From contig JABANN010000333.1 in the NCBI GenBank assembly GCA_013115125.1, positions 1 to 38,170 of the forward strand: DNA of 38,170 nucleotides, written 5' to 3'. This DNA comes from Perkinsus olseni (lineage: Eukaryota). The position numbers and the translations under genes are program-made. Below the pieces are notes generated by a model. The model was not told the origin of the DNA. It saw nothing but the letters and a program-made list of their open reading frames with translations, and did not search any database. Positions 1 through 10,957 of the stretch are shown here, one piece after another (within the stretch, counting starts at the first letter, position 1; each line of letters opens with the position of its first letter).

Positions 1-97
1 ATATGAAAGCTTCGTATTAAGCAAGATATCTCAATTTTGGTCATTTGCATATCAAAATGGCACACACAGTATGCGGCATTGTTATGGTGTGTAGTAG

Positions 98-252
98 GTG
101 AAACTCCTTCTAGCCCTAATGCAGCAGTTCACCAGCTCAAGTCCCCTTCCACCACGACCAAGCATGTCCGCTTTGCGAAGTCCGTGACGGCGGACAGCAT
201 CGCCAGCACCCAAGCCTCGGTCGATATCTCGACCGAATCGCCTGTGACATAG
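98..252 (+). CDS. Last exon of an unknown gene that starts before the window (Ser/Thr-rich C-terminus)
   Basis: Candidate acceptor tag| at 95-97, then an open frame ETPSSP...TESPVT* followed by T-rich 3' sequence. No recognisable domain. Confidence 0.4.
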
Positions 253-688
253 TTTCACTTAGTTTTATTTTTAACCGCCAAAAATCTGGTTGTTCGCTTC
301 AGAGGGATCCACTGAAGTCTGCAGCTTCGTTTGCTTCCTTAAAGTACTGACCGTCATTAGTCTGCGCTTGCCGGAAGCTTTCGGGATTCTCGCTTTTATG
401 AGACATCCCCTTGTGTACTATAACATAGTTTTCTCGAGATTATACGGATGATGATCGGCGTAAGCCTTTCGCAAGACGATATCATATTGTAATCCAAGTA
501 ATATCCAACTTATAGTCTTACTCGACATTAAGTAACCGCGTATACCGTTTCGTGAGAGTGATCTCACCCACTCGCAATAACGACCGTTACAGTATCACGC
601 ACCCTTGCTTTGGTTCGTTAATCGTTCTGGGGAGCCTTTGGACTGTTCCGGGCCTACACCGTCCACAGTGTGGCAGCGGTTAGTCAGT

Positions 689-2360
689 ATGAATGTCATA
701 GTGAGGCTGCGACGCTGTGACGAAGCCTCGCCCGTAGCGGTCAAGAAAAGCTCTTCATCAGTTTTGGTGAGTGGCCAGCCCTTGGCAAGTGCAGCTGATT
801 TGCCTCGATCAGGTGTCAGCAGATCGTGACGGAATTCGAGGCACATCGCCGGCCACCGACTATAGCGGCTTTGCCGCGGTTATCGACGGGGAGGGGCCGA
901 ACTCGGATCAGAGAGAGGTGTATCACAGAGTCGCTTCGAGGGCTGTTCACTCAGTGGCCACTGGTAGGCGTAGATCTTCTGACCCAGGTTCGAACCCGGC
1001 ATGACGCACTTTTCCCTGTTCATTTGCAGGCCTATCCGACGCCTGTGTTCTGGTCTATGGTCAGACTGGTGCTGGAAAAACAAGGACAGTTTTTGGAGAC
1101 CCCGGCTTCTGGCGAGGCCGTATCGATAGCGCGAAAACCGACGATGCCGCTTCCGCCGGGATTCTTCCCAGATCGGTCGGGGTTATGTTCAGGATACTGG
1201 CTGAATATTCCTGTAGGAGCCCTGAGATCTTCATCAGCTGCGCGGAGCTTTACCAGGGCCAAATTAGAGACCTCCTTTTCCCTGAACGAAAACCTCGCCT
1301 TCTAGGCAACCGAGCAGGGTCTCATAGTCTAGTTGGCATTGGCTGGCTGCGGATAACCAACACGACGGAGTTTTGTGATTCGGTCCGGAGGTGCGCCTCC
1401 CATCGGATGACATCAGCGACGACAGGGAACAGCCTGAGCAGTAGAAGTCATTGTTTTTTCTACATTAAGGTTGGGGCTCGAACTTTGACTATAGTGGATT
1501 TGGCTGGCAGCGAGCGCCTCGCCAAGCATGGCAGTTCTCAAGCGGCTCATCGCATCACAGAAACCAAAACGATCAACCTCAGCCTCAGCTGGCTGTCACA
1601 TTGCTTCAAGGCGGTGTCGGACGGGCAGAAGCCACCAGTACGCGAGTCAGCTCTCACGAGATTGCTCCACGGTGCGATTGTCGGTGACCAGCCAGTGGCG
1701 GTGTGTCTGTGCATAACCGACCGACCGAGGGACTTGGAAGAAACGCGTGGGACCCTAGCTTTCGGAAAACTCGCCCAGCGTGTCGGCCGGAGGCTGCGTG
1801 CACGGGATGTGGTTTGCGAGAATGACATCAGTCAGGTTGGAGCTGAGGAGGGGGCGATTGAGGTGTATGTTTCTGCAAAGCTCGAACCATCCGATGAGAG
1901 AGAGGAAGTTAACGTTGCGCGTCTACAAGCATACGTCAAGCACTTAAGGCGACTTTGTTCGGGCACAGACGAGGACTTCAGAAAGGCATTGAGAGCTGAT
2001 GTGGAGCTGCTGAAGGAAGGAATCACGGTTGAGGAGTTGGAGACCAGCTCGGTGTCCTCGGCTGGGGACTCGGACTCGCCTGCAGTGTTTTCAATACGCA
2101 ACGCAGCGGATCGAATATTGTCGCGATTGAACGAACGAGCGGCTCCTAAAGACCCCGTGGAGCTTTTGAAGAAGGACATAACTTCGGATGAGGATGACTT
2201 GAAGACGTGTAGAGTGTCCAACTCGGTGAAAACGGTCACCTCACTTGCTCACAGGAAGCGCCTGAACGAGTCAACGCCGGAGACGGCCCGGACACGCAGT
2301 ACTGCCGCAGATGAGAAACATTGCTTTAATCCATGTTACGAGCTTTTGAGCGCTGGTTGA
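689..2360 (+). CDS. Kinesin motor-domain protein; exons 689-766, 813-963, 1030-2360
   Basis: Spliced frame gives MNVIVRLRR, the P-loop GQTGAGKT (1059-1082), ELYQGQIRDLL, switch I SSRSH, switch II DLAGSER, INLSL and RESALTRLL. GT-AG introns 767-812 and 964-1029 keep the frame. Confidence 0.93.
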
Positions 2361-2523
2361 TGAGGCTGGGTTGTTGCGTTAGGGTGATCGGGACGAGGCA
2401 ATGTTTGGCTGGAAGTTGAGCGACTAGCGGTCGTTGAGCCGTCCGCCTGGGGTTGCCGGTTCCTCACAATCTACGGCCGTGTATGCATGCTGTTCGGCAG
2501 TCTCTTTCTGAGATAATCTCTCA

Positions 2524-3624
2524 ATGTTTCAACTCCCCCATCACTTTGAGGCCCTTCGTTGTAGGGTCGTCGAATCACTGTGGGATGGTCCGCATGGGAG
2601 AGAGCCGATGTGCGATCTTCTAGGTGATATCATGAGTTTTTGCGAGGCGCCAGAGTTGCCTTTGGGCAGTCCTAATGAGAAGGCATTGACCCGCTGCGCG
2701 CCTGAATCGGACAACTTCACCTTTATGGACTGTGGTCTCATCTACGAGGTTTTCCGGGAAGCTGCATCCATTATTTTGGCTCGCATTTGTACCCCTGGTG
2801 GGCGTTGTAACTGGGTATCGACTCTCTGTGCTGATGCTACCCCAGGGCTTGCTTGCGCCTGTTGCTACGACGAAGACACTCGCAAGCTTTATTTGACGTA
2901 CGAGCATCGTTGTCGCTTAGTGGAGTACGACATGGCGAGAAATAAGACTGAAGGGCCAATTAATGTTGGGTCGCGGCCTCCACCCAGATTGAGTAGGTTC
3001 TTCATTACTGTTATTGATGAATTGCTCTTCGTGGTGGTGGAGGCCGCGAAGTCAGCTCGTGTCATTGGATTTGACGTTCTATCTGTGCCGTTGTCCGTGA
3101 AGAGAGAGGGATTGAAGCTTGTCCGCTCAGTTGGCAGCGGCGATGCCGACGATATGTCTGTTGCCGGAATCTTCGCGGTCCCTGATACGCCTCGGAGTGC
3201 CAATATCATCTTCAGATGCCATTCAAGATGGCATTCGTTCCGGATCGACAACCTGAGCTTTTGGGACATGCCTCTTGGCGGCCCTAAGGTGTGTAGAAGA
3301 GAGGAGGACGAAGTCATCAAAGCTCAGCGAATAACGGGCGATCTCGTGAAAAACTGGCCAGACTTGGGGCTCTTGTTGATGAAAAAGGGAGACCGCTACG
3401 TACTGCGCCGTCCTAGTGGTCTCGGGGAAGTGGCAACTTTTGAGAGCAGTGATGATGCCCTACTGACAGATTCCCCCGTGTTATTTGACCGGTGGGCCTT
3501 CCGCTGTATTCGACATTTCTTTTGTACTCGAACCCGACCCGGTAACAGGATTCCTGGACTCCCCGCTATTGAACGCTATCACCCCTATTTCATTCAGCGT
3601 TCAACGCTCAAGGACTTCAGATGA
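2524..3624 (+). CDS. Hypothetical protein, single exon, 366 aa
   Basis: ATG-to-stop ORF of 1.1 kb lying between two genes. I recognise no motif. Confidence 0.65.
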   Translation: MFQLPHHFEALRCRVVESLWDGPHGREPMCDLLGDIMSFCEAPELPLGSPNEKALTRCAPESDNFTFMDCGLIYEVFREAASIILARICTPGGRCNWVSTLCADATPGLACACCYDEDTRKLYLTYEHRCRLVEYDMARNKTEGPINVGSRPPPRLSRFFITVIDELLFVVVEAAKSARVIGFDVLSVPLSVKREGLKLVRSVGSGDADDMSVAGIFAVPDTPRSANIIFRCHSRWHSFRIDNLSFWDMPLGGPKVCRREEDEVIKAQRITGDLVKNWPDLGLLLMKKGDRYVLRRPSGLGEVATFESSDDALLTDSPVLFDRWAFRCIRHFFCTRTRPGNRIPGLPAIERYHPYFIQRSTLKDFR

Positions 3625-4396
3625 GGAGCTTTCAACGCCTCAGTGACTCCGTTGGGTTACAGCATGGGTAGAAGGTGCCGTCTTTGTGATTTTATATCGC
3701 ATGTTTGATTTTGGTGACATGCGCTGAGTTATATAGTTTCGGGGTTTCTCGGCAGAGTTGGCCTCACGAACACTGAGTGGGTGATGAACTTCGTCTAAAT
3801 CTAGATCTAGTACTGATTCTGAAAAACCCGCATCGGCTCTGACTGGTTGAGGAAGCCCTGGTGCACTGCTCCCAGTGAGGGACCTATATCTGAAATGGGG
3901 CAATCGGCCGCGTCCCGCGGGCGAGCAGCAGCAGTCACGAAAGCGAACCAGAGCAGCCGCAACTACGGTGTGGGGTGGTGCCCATCTCCACACCAGTGCT
4001 GAAAGGCATGGATGTATCAGGTGTTGTGAGCGCTGGTGGATGGAGTCGTGATGTCACGCCTAATTGAACATAGCACGGCACGGCGTTGCTGGCACCATCT
4101 TGCTGCGGATGTCGATGAAGAACTTTACATTAATCGAAGCCTGCCTTGTGGTCTCCAGCGCCCAAGCTGAAGGTGTCCGAATTTCAGTCTATTCACTCGG
4201 CGATACTCGAACGCAACACCAAAACAGCACATGAACAAATCTATCCACTCAGAACTTGCTCCAACTGGTGAGAGCGATGACAGTGGTAATGGTGCAACGC
4301 TTCATGATATCGCTTCAAGATCGTAGACGGCAAAGATAATAGTTTCGAAATTGAACTAACATATACTTCGTCGCAGCACCAATAGCAGCCTGCTGC

Positions 4397-5785
4397 TCAG
4401 TAGGCAACAAAACGAGCAGCAAATACTGGAAGATACAGTGCGAATGCGAGGACGGCAATGAGCGTGATGACGCACATAATCATATCGGAGAAAAAGAAGA
4501 TGAGGAATACCGTCTTCGCGGAGAGCCTGACATGCGGCTCAACGGAATCATCATGATGGGCCAGAACTAGGTTTTTGAAATTCCCGCGCCATCTCTCATG
4601 AGCTAAGATTCTCTTCTCCTCGTCCGGCTCGGTGGTGATTCTGCCCATGCTTCTGAAGAACACGGCGAAAGTGGGCATGAGGAGGTTCTCGACCAGGGCT
4701 GCCCTCATGGCGAAGAGGCGATCGACTATCTGGCTTGTAGCGCTGGGACTCTTCACGTTGTTAGTGCCGAAGTTGCGGGCCCGCTCGATGTACCGAGGAC
4801 CGCCATGGTTGATCACGGTCTGGCCGAAACCTTTCATAATCATCATTTCAAATCTGTAAACCTCGATGGGCGCTGTGAGGGGGTGTCTGAAGGCAGCTTT
4901 ATTCTCGGGAACGGCAAGCAACGCCTGCGTCAGAATTGGCCCCAAACCCATGAGGTGGTAACCGAAGGAATGCAGGAGAACCTGGAAGAGCTCATAGCCG
5001 GATCCCGAAGATGGCCCTTTGCTGTAGTTGTAGGAGTCCAAGGTTAGCATGAGGTGAAGGTCGGCAACGAGCTCTGAGCACACCTCCACCGAGCTGCAAG
5101 GGTTATAAGTGTCATCCAGGCCCAGTAGGTAGCCCACCAGTCGACAGAGGTGGATGTACGCATCAATATCATCAGACGACAGACCTTCACAACCGAGGTC
5201 GTTCTTGACGACATCAACTGCCATACCGGAGAAGGCCAGTAGCGCGAGGGCCATATCAAACTGGGAGACCGGCACGCCTACGTCACAGCGACCGAGGCTG
5301 TTGATGTGGTCCCTTGCCAGGGAGTGCATAGCTCGGACACGGGAGAGACTCCGTCGGGCGGTCGAGGTTGGGTCGAACAGATCTGAGCCGGGGGTCATCC
5401 ACAGAGCTACATGCCCGACCGTGTCCTTGTAGCGGCGACAGGTTTGCAGTAAGTCAGAAGCATAACCACCAGGACTGTGGACGAGGACGTCGGCGAAGCG
5501 TGAAATACGAGAGCCAAGGACAAGATTGATGAGCATCCCGTAGCAGAAGGCCGGCGGGCGTTCTCCAAAGACTTCTTGGCCTCGAATAACCCTTTCCTTG
5601 TTCACCCATTCCGGTAGCGTCTCCACCTGGCTCAAGGTGGCCATCTTGAAGGGACAACGGGCATGGCCATCATGTTGAACGAAGCGATCAGGAATGGTGT
5701 GGCCCTCCATAATGCGTCTTAGAGCTCGGCACTTGCCCTCTGGGAGGCGAGGCAGAGCGTAATCGGAACAATCAGAAATACCCAT
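4397..5785 (-). CDS. MpaB/rubber-oxygenase (Lcp)-like DUF2236 oxygenase, copy A, with a C-terminal hydrophobic segment
   Basis: LPEWVNKERVIRGQEVF, SRVRAMH, PVSQFDMALALLAF and AYIHLCRLVGYLLG match the DUF2236 family pattern. ATG at 5785 chosen because it aligns with the paralog start (YALPxxPxxxCxALR). Intronless. Confidence 0.82.
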   Translation of the reverse strand: MGISDCSDYALPRLPEGKCRALRRIMEGHTIPDRFVQHDGHARCPFKMATLSQVETLPEWVNKERVIRGQEVFGERPPAFCYGMLINLVLGSRISRFADVLVHSPGGYASDLLQTCRRYKDTVGHVALWMTPGSDLFDPTSTARRSLSRVRAMHSLARDHINSLGRCDVGVPVSQFDMALALLAFSGMAVDVVKNDLGCEGLSSDDIDAYIHLCRLVGYLLGLDDTYNPCSSVEVCSELVADLHLMLTLDSYNYSKGPSSGSGYELFQVLLHSFGYHLMGLGPILTQALLAVPENKAAFRHPLTAPIEVYRFEMMIMKGFGQTVINHGGPRYIERARNFGTNNVKSPSATSQIVDRLFAMRAALVENLLMPTFAVFFRSMGRITTEPDEEKRILAHERWRGNFKNLVLAHHDDSVEPHVRLSAKTVFLIFFFSDMIMCVITLIAVLAFALYLPVFAARFVAY

Positions 5786-5982
5786 GCAATGCCTTGGTTT
5801 ACGGCAGAGCAAGCTGGAATACAACAAACTGAAAACATACCATCCGCTAGGGCACAGAAACGTGGTGAACAACGCAACGTCCGATCGATCACACAGAGCT
5901 GCCACTCCTCCTGTGTCTTCCTCCCCATCATTCAACGCGAAGCTCGAGCTGTTGAAAATGACTCGTTGCGCTCAGCCCCGTG

Positions 5983-7404
5983 TCATGCAGCATAACCCAG
6001 CCGCAGTATGCTCAGACAAATTCGTAGTAGGGCGTACATCAACAGCACTAAAGTAGGCGCGACAAGGGATATCCACACTGAGGCGTCGAGCATCAGGAAG
6101 AACTTCAAGACAATCTTTGGGCGATGGAATGATACAAAGGGAGTGAAACTCTCACCGTCCCCAAGTATGAGATTATTGAACTTCTCGCGCCATCTGTCAT
6201 AGGCTTGCAGTCGCCTCTCCTCGTCACCATCCAATAGCATGCGGGGCCCACGGCCGAGGACAAGAGCCAGCAAAGGGAACGATAGGTACTCGACGACCAA
6301 GCCCTTAGCCAGTAAGAAAGCATCCAGCAATTTCACGAACCACGTGGGCTCGGTAGCTGAGTTCAAGCCCAGCCGGCGGCTCAGAGTCCGGAGGGCGGTG
6401 GCCTTAGTGCGAGTTTTCCTGCTGAGGAGCCCGACAAGGAGGTGCACTTCCAAGTAGCGCACATCAGCCGGCAGCATACTAGGGTGAGCGAAGCCGGCCT
6501 TGGAGAGCCCCACATAGGGAATAGCTCTAGTCACCGTCGGACCCATACCTATACCAAACACCCCGAACGAGTTGAGAATGGTGTGGTATAGAGTATCGCC
6601 GGAGCCATTGGCCTTGCGTCTGTTGGCATCGAGATTCGAGGCAAGATAGAGGTCGGCTAGCAGCTCTGAGCACCGACCGACGGAACCACAGGGGTTGTAG
6701 CGATCCGCGATGCCGAGGAGCCAGCCTGTGTACCGCCAGAGGTGGATGTAGGCATTGATATCACTCTGAGACATCTCATCGAAGCCGAAATCGTTCTTAA
6801 CATAGTCCACTGCCATGCCCGAGAAAGCCAGCAAAACAATGGCAAGGTCGTATTGAGACACAGGGACCCCGACATCGCACCTGCCGAGGGACTCCACCCG
6901 CTTCCTGGCAGCTAGATGCATCGCTCGCACTTGAAAGAGGCTCCTACGGGCCGGAGACTGTGGATCGAATAAGTCGCTTTCGGGTGTGAGCCAGCACAGG
7001 ACATGAGCACCAGTGTCACGGAACCGACGGAAGGTCTGCAGCGGCGCTCGGCAGTAGCTGCCGGGACTGTGCAGGAGGACGTCGGCGAATCTTGAGATTC
7101 TTGAACCCAGCATGAGCGACACCATCATAGCGGAGAACAGAGGCCGGCCTCTCTCGGCGAAGACAGCTTGACCACGCCGTACGAGATCCGGGTCGACCCA
7201 CGACGGTAAGGGCTCGGGCAAGGCGGTTTGAGGAGGGGTACCACCCCGGGCCACCTTGGCGAGGGCAACAACGTCCAGGTCTCGAAGGTCGGGCCCACCG
7301 TCATCCATCAGGACGCAGGCCTCCGCCAGTAGGCGCAGAGCGGGGCATCTTTCGGGAGGCATAGGAGGGAGTGCATAGTTCGGTTGGCTGAGCGGACATA
7401 CCAT
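5983..7404 (-). CDS. MpaB/rubber-oxygenase (Lcp)-like DUF2236 oxygenase, copy B (tandem paralog)
   Basis: LPSWVDPDLVRRGQAVF, QVRAMH, PVSQYDLAIVLLAF and AYIHLWRYTGWLLG. Collinear with copy A (shared SRISRFADVLxHSPG, SDLFDP, LGRCDVGVPVSQ). Intronless, with a hydrophobic C-terminus. Confidence 0.82.
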   Translation of the reverse strand: MVCPLSQPNYALPPMPPERCPALRLLAEACVLMDDGGPDLRDLDVVALAKVARGGTPPQTALPEPLPSWVDPDLVRRGQAVFAERGRPLFSAMMVSLMLGSRISRFADVLLHSPGSYCRAPLQTFRRFRDTGAHVLCWLTPESDLFDPQSPARRSLFQVRAMHLAARKRVESLGRCDVGVPVSQYDLAIVLLAFSGMAVDYVKNDFGFDEMSQSDINAYIHLWRYTGWLLGIADRYNPCGSVGRCSELLADLYLASNLDANRRKANGSGDTLYHTILNSFGVFGIGMGPTVTRAIPYVGLSKAGFAHPSMLPADVRYLEVHLLVGLLSRKTRTKATALRTLSRRLGLNSATEPTWFVKLLDAFLLAKGLVVEYLSFPLLALVLGRGPRMLLDGDEERRLQAYDRWREKFNNLILGDGESFTPFVSFHRPKIVLKFFLMLDASVWISLVAPTLVLLMYALLRICLSILRLGYAA

Positions 7405-7512
7405 AAAAATGATCGCAAAAAGTCGCTGCCAGAGCAGCTCCCAGCACGGTGAATTTTTCCGAAATTCAGTTGTCACAAAAACATGATAAACCCAGCCGTG
7501 CCCAACAACGAA

Positions 7513-7549
7513 TTGTCATAATCTTGTCTTAATCCATTGTCTTAATCCA
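7513..7549. repeat. Short tandem repeat: TTGTCATAATC followed by 2x TTGTCTTAATCCA
   Basis: Read directly, about 110 bp upstream of the oxygenase copy B start. Confidence 0.7.
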
Positions 7550-7758
7550 GCGAACAGGATAAAAGTCAGATGAGTTGGACCCGACTTAGGCCGTGACTCC
7601 TTCGTGCAAGATAGATGTGTTCGAAATTTGGTATTAACGACCTCACTCTTACACTTCGAAGCGAGAACCCTTTCGCTGTCCACAAGAGCAACTCAAAGCA
7701 TTGTAAATAACCGTAATCACGCAACAGCATGGGACACCGTGTGGAGAGCTTCTCGGCG

Positions 7759-9291
7759 TCACTTCTCCAACCCTTCCAGGAAGGTCTGCAGATGCTGCCC
7801 TTGATGCTTCAGAAAGTCGATCTGAGAACTTCACACTATACAAAGCGAGAGCGAGCACCTCACCTCCTCCTTCCGTTTCCTCTCGTCGATGTTGTTTCTC
7901 TCTGTCTCCCTCCTCTCGATGGCCTCACATCTTCGCTCCAACTCAGCCAATTTCGTGGCCAACGTTCGCCTCTTCTCTCTGAGCTCTTGCAGCTGACAAA
8001 GCATGACCGACGTGTCTACCACAATTGGCCTACTGATCGTGGCTCCATGTCAACGCTACAGAGAGTCTCCAAATGAGCATATCGGCAAGAGTCTAACTAA
8101 GCCGGAATCGGCGTTGGACTATAAGCTCACTCACCCATACTAATTGTGGAGGAATTGCAAGTGTGCAAGATGCCCGAGGCCCACCCACTGTTGACAAAAA
8201 ATCTGGAATAGACGCTGCCGCATCGTGGTTCAAACTGTTTCGTCACATCACGGCTCGTGTACTAGGTGGCGGCAGCAGTGAGAGTAGCGAGACCTCACCT
8301 TGTGCTCAGCCTCGTCCTTGCCCTCCTCCGACTGGATCTGTTTGCGAGTGCCAAATACGACCGAGGAATGGTATCTGTTGTATCTTGATGATGGTGGCGG
8401 CGGCGGTGTTGTAGACCTCACAGTGTTTGGTAGGCGGCAATTGTCATCCTTATCTCATTGCGAATTCGCAGTAGCAGTAGCCCTCTCTCGGGGCAGTCCA
8501 ACGTCACTTGCCGAATAAGCTCATCTGCGGGACCCCAACTTGGCGAGGGACAATATTCTCAGTTCGAATGGAGTAGTAACAAGCGCACATCGACATGACC
8601 AGAGGTCAAGGCAGAGAGATAGATAACACAAGCCGACTTCCAACAGTGGCCGTGAATTAAGAATGTCAATGCGCGCAAAGCCATCGCGCACTGGTATCCC
8701 ACAGCATCGAATGAGCTCACCGAAGCACTGGCCATAGAGTTCCTCTCGAACCGGACATATGCCGGTCTCTCGGGCCTGTCTCTCCATGAGTTTCTCATCC
8801 AAGGCCTCCTGCAACTGTATAACATCCAGTCTAGTGGAAGGCTGGTTGTTAACGTGCTGCACATCAAAGGAAGAATGACCTCAACGGTTAATTACGAATC
8901 GATATACCTGTAGGATATGTCTGCCATTCTCGGCCCACTCTCTGGGCGGGAGGAGGATGTGCAGCACCTAACGAGATCGTGAGAGGCACAAGTTTACGCT
9001 GGAGAGCGCTCACGTCCTCAATGGTCGGCTTGCTATCCATAGGAGGAAGTTCAGCTGACTCGGTTAGCTGGGCGGCTATGGCGTCCGCTATCGCTTTGTC
9101 CGGATCCGACGCCTCGATGCCGAGGAATTTCAACTGAGGCAGGGATCAAACCCGACCCGGCAACAGAGTGGGAGCACCTCATCCTCTTCGGGATTGACTG
9201 GCGGCTCAGGGGCCTCTCCGACGTCCTGTGGGGGGTCGTAGCGTACCAATGACTCGCGAGGGCACTCTTGCGGCAGGACAGCCGGAGCCAT
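7759..9291 (-). CDS. DNALI1: Axonemal inner-arm dynein light chain p28, multi-exon
   Basis: Exons encode SLVRYDPP, ILLPPREW, TRLDVIQLQEALDEKLMERQARETGICPVREELYGQCF, IRQVTLDCPERGLLLLRIRNEIRMTIAAYQTL, YHSSVVFGTRK and FLKHQGQHLQTFLEGLEK*. These are the p28/DNALI1 signature blocks. Confidence 0.93.
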
Positions 9292-9702
9292 GTGGGCCGA
9301 GATAATGCTGCGCCGCCCAATAGATTTTCCCCACTGAAATTGATAGCGCAACCGATTAAGATGCTGTGGGCTTTTCTCTGTATCACAGAAGCTCTTCGGA
9401 GGCACTCTACAGCGACCTCTACTAGAATTGGCCAGCCGCGACTTAACGTCGTTGAGGGCCATCGGTCTCAGTTGCTTATGTATCGCAACCGAGCGGAAAA
9501 TGCAGTATAACGTATGCAGTAGTATCAACATAACCTGAATGCTCATCAGTTCAACTTTCACTAAGGTACAGTTCTCAAGGTTAATATTGACAGAGATATG
9601 ACAGTGATGCAATGCAACAGGTAATAGAAGCATCGTAACGGATGCAATTCTTTCCTCGACCATCACCGAAAAACAGCATGTCGGAATTCTCAAGGGCCCT
9701 AG

Positions 9703-10555
9703 TCAAGAGCGGCGCGAGGCTCGATGGCGAGCTTGACCAGGCTTGCGTACCTAACACCGAAAGGGACAGACGCCCTTGCTGCCGCTGGCTTACGTTCATC
9801 TCCATATACACCTGGCCCTCGACCAGTTCCTCGTCCGGATCGCCTGAGTTATGATCATCATCGGCTACAGTCGCACTGCTCCTGCTCACTTTGAGTGATG
9901 GTATAAATTTTCTTGAAGCCAATCTTCTTATAGAGTTTAATAGCCGCTGGGAGACTAGATAGTGTAACAATGTCGACATTCGGATTGGCCTTGCAGGATT
10001 CCTTAACCCACTTCATCACGAAAGTGCCGAGACCCTGACCGACAGAAATAATTTCCGGGCGCGCGATCAGGCTTCGGCTCAACTACCCTTCCGCGCATGG
10101 TCTTGGGCACAGCTAACTTGCCAACGCTGAAGGCCCTGCGGTCGTTAACGAATTTGTAAACGATAAATGCACAGAGCTGGTCGCCACTGGCAAGGATAGA
10201 CAACTTCCAGGGAGACCTCCCAGAGATCTTTTCGAGGCAGTTTTCACCTTCAAACTCAGCCTCTGAGAGTTCTTTCACCTGGCAAACCCTGGAGTTTACC
10301 CAAAATCGAGACACCGAGGCAGCCTTGACTCACCTGGGCGAGCAGCTTCATCATGACGGGGTCGGCCCTGGTAGCGGGCTTGCGAGGATATACACAGTGG
10401 TACCACTGCGGCGAGAAGACGGCTTCCTTCTCAGCAGGAGTCGAAGGGCAGCAGTTGTTAACAGCTGCCTTCGGCTTGGGCTCGTCATGAACGACCGAAT
10501 TGACCATGTGGACAGACACGACGTTATTAGTGTTGTTGTTTTGGCTGGAGCACAT
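9703..10555 (-). CDS. GNAT-family N-acetyltransferase, multi-exon
   Basis: Spliced motif A LAVPKTMRGR|GLGTFVM and motif B AAIKLYKKIGF, ending DEELVEGQVYMEMN|VRKPGQARHRASRRS*. Confidence 0.82.
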
Positions 10556-10957
10556 TTAGTGTACAGTCGTGTTGGTACACAAAAGTGAAACAGGAAAGAG
10601 AACAAAGTAAACTGACGAAGGGAAGGGGGGCGAGTACACAATCTGAGGCGGCAGAGAGCGCCACGGCGACAACTGTCGTGCAGCTACTCCTGCCAAACAC
10701 TACCAAAGCTTTCCGGAATCACCAGCTGAGCACTGTAGCAAACGTTAAAAGAGAGGACTGGAGTGAGGATGAAGCGTTAGGTGCGTCCAGCCCGAATGCA
10801 TGTCGGATATTCTCGATCCCATGCGTTTGCTACGAATCATCAGCGGTTGAAGATGAGCTCGATGGCGATCACCCAGAAAACGCAGAAGTCACAATGACAG
10901 TGCACGAGATGAAAAAGAAACTAGTCACAGGATCATGGTGGGGGGGATCTAATTTCT

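Noticed and set aside
5620-5650. GGCTCAAG and GCCATCTTG words resembling the dinoflagellate/Perkinsus spliced leader
   Set aside because: The two words are in the wrong order and lie inside a coding region. I saw no full or relic spliced leader upstream of the intronless genes.
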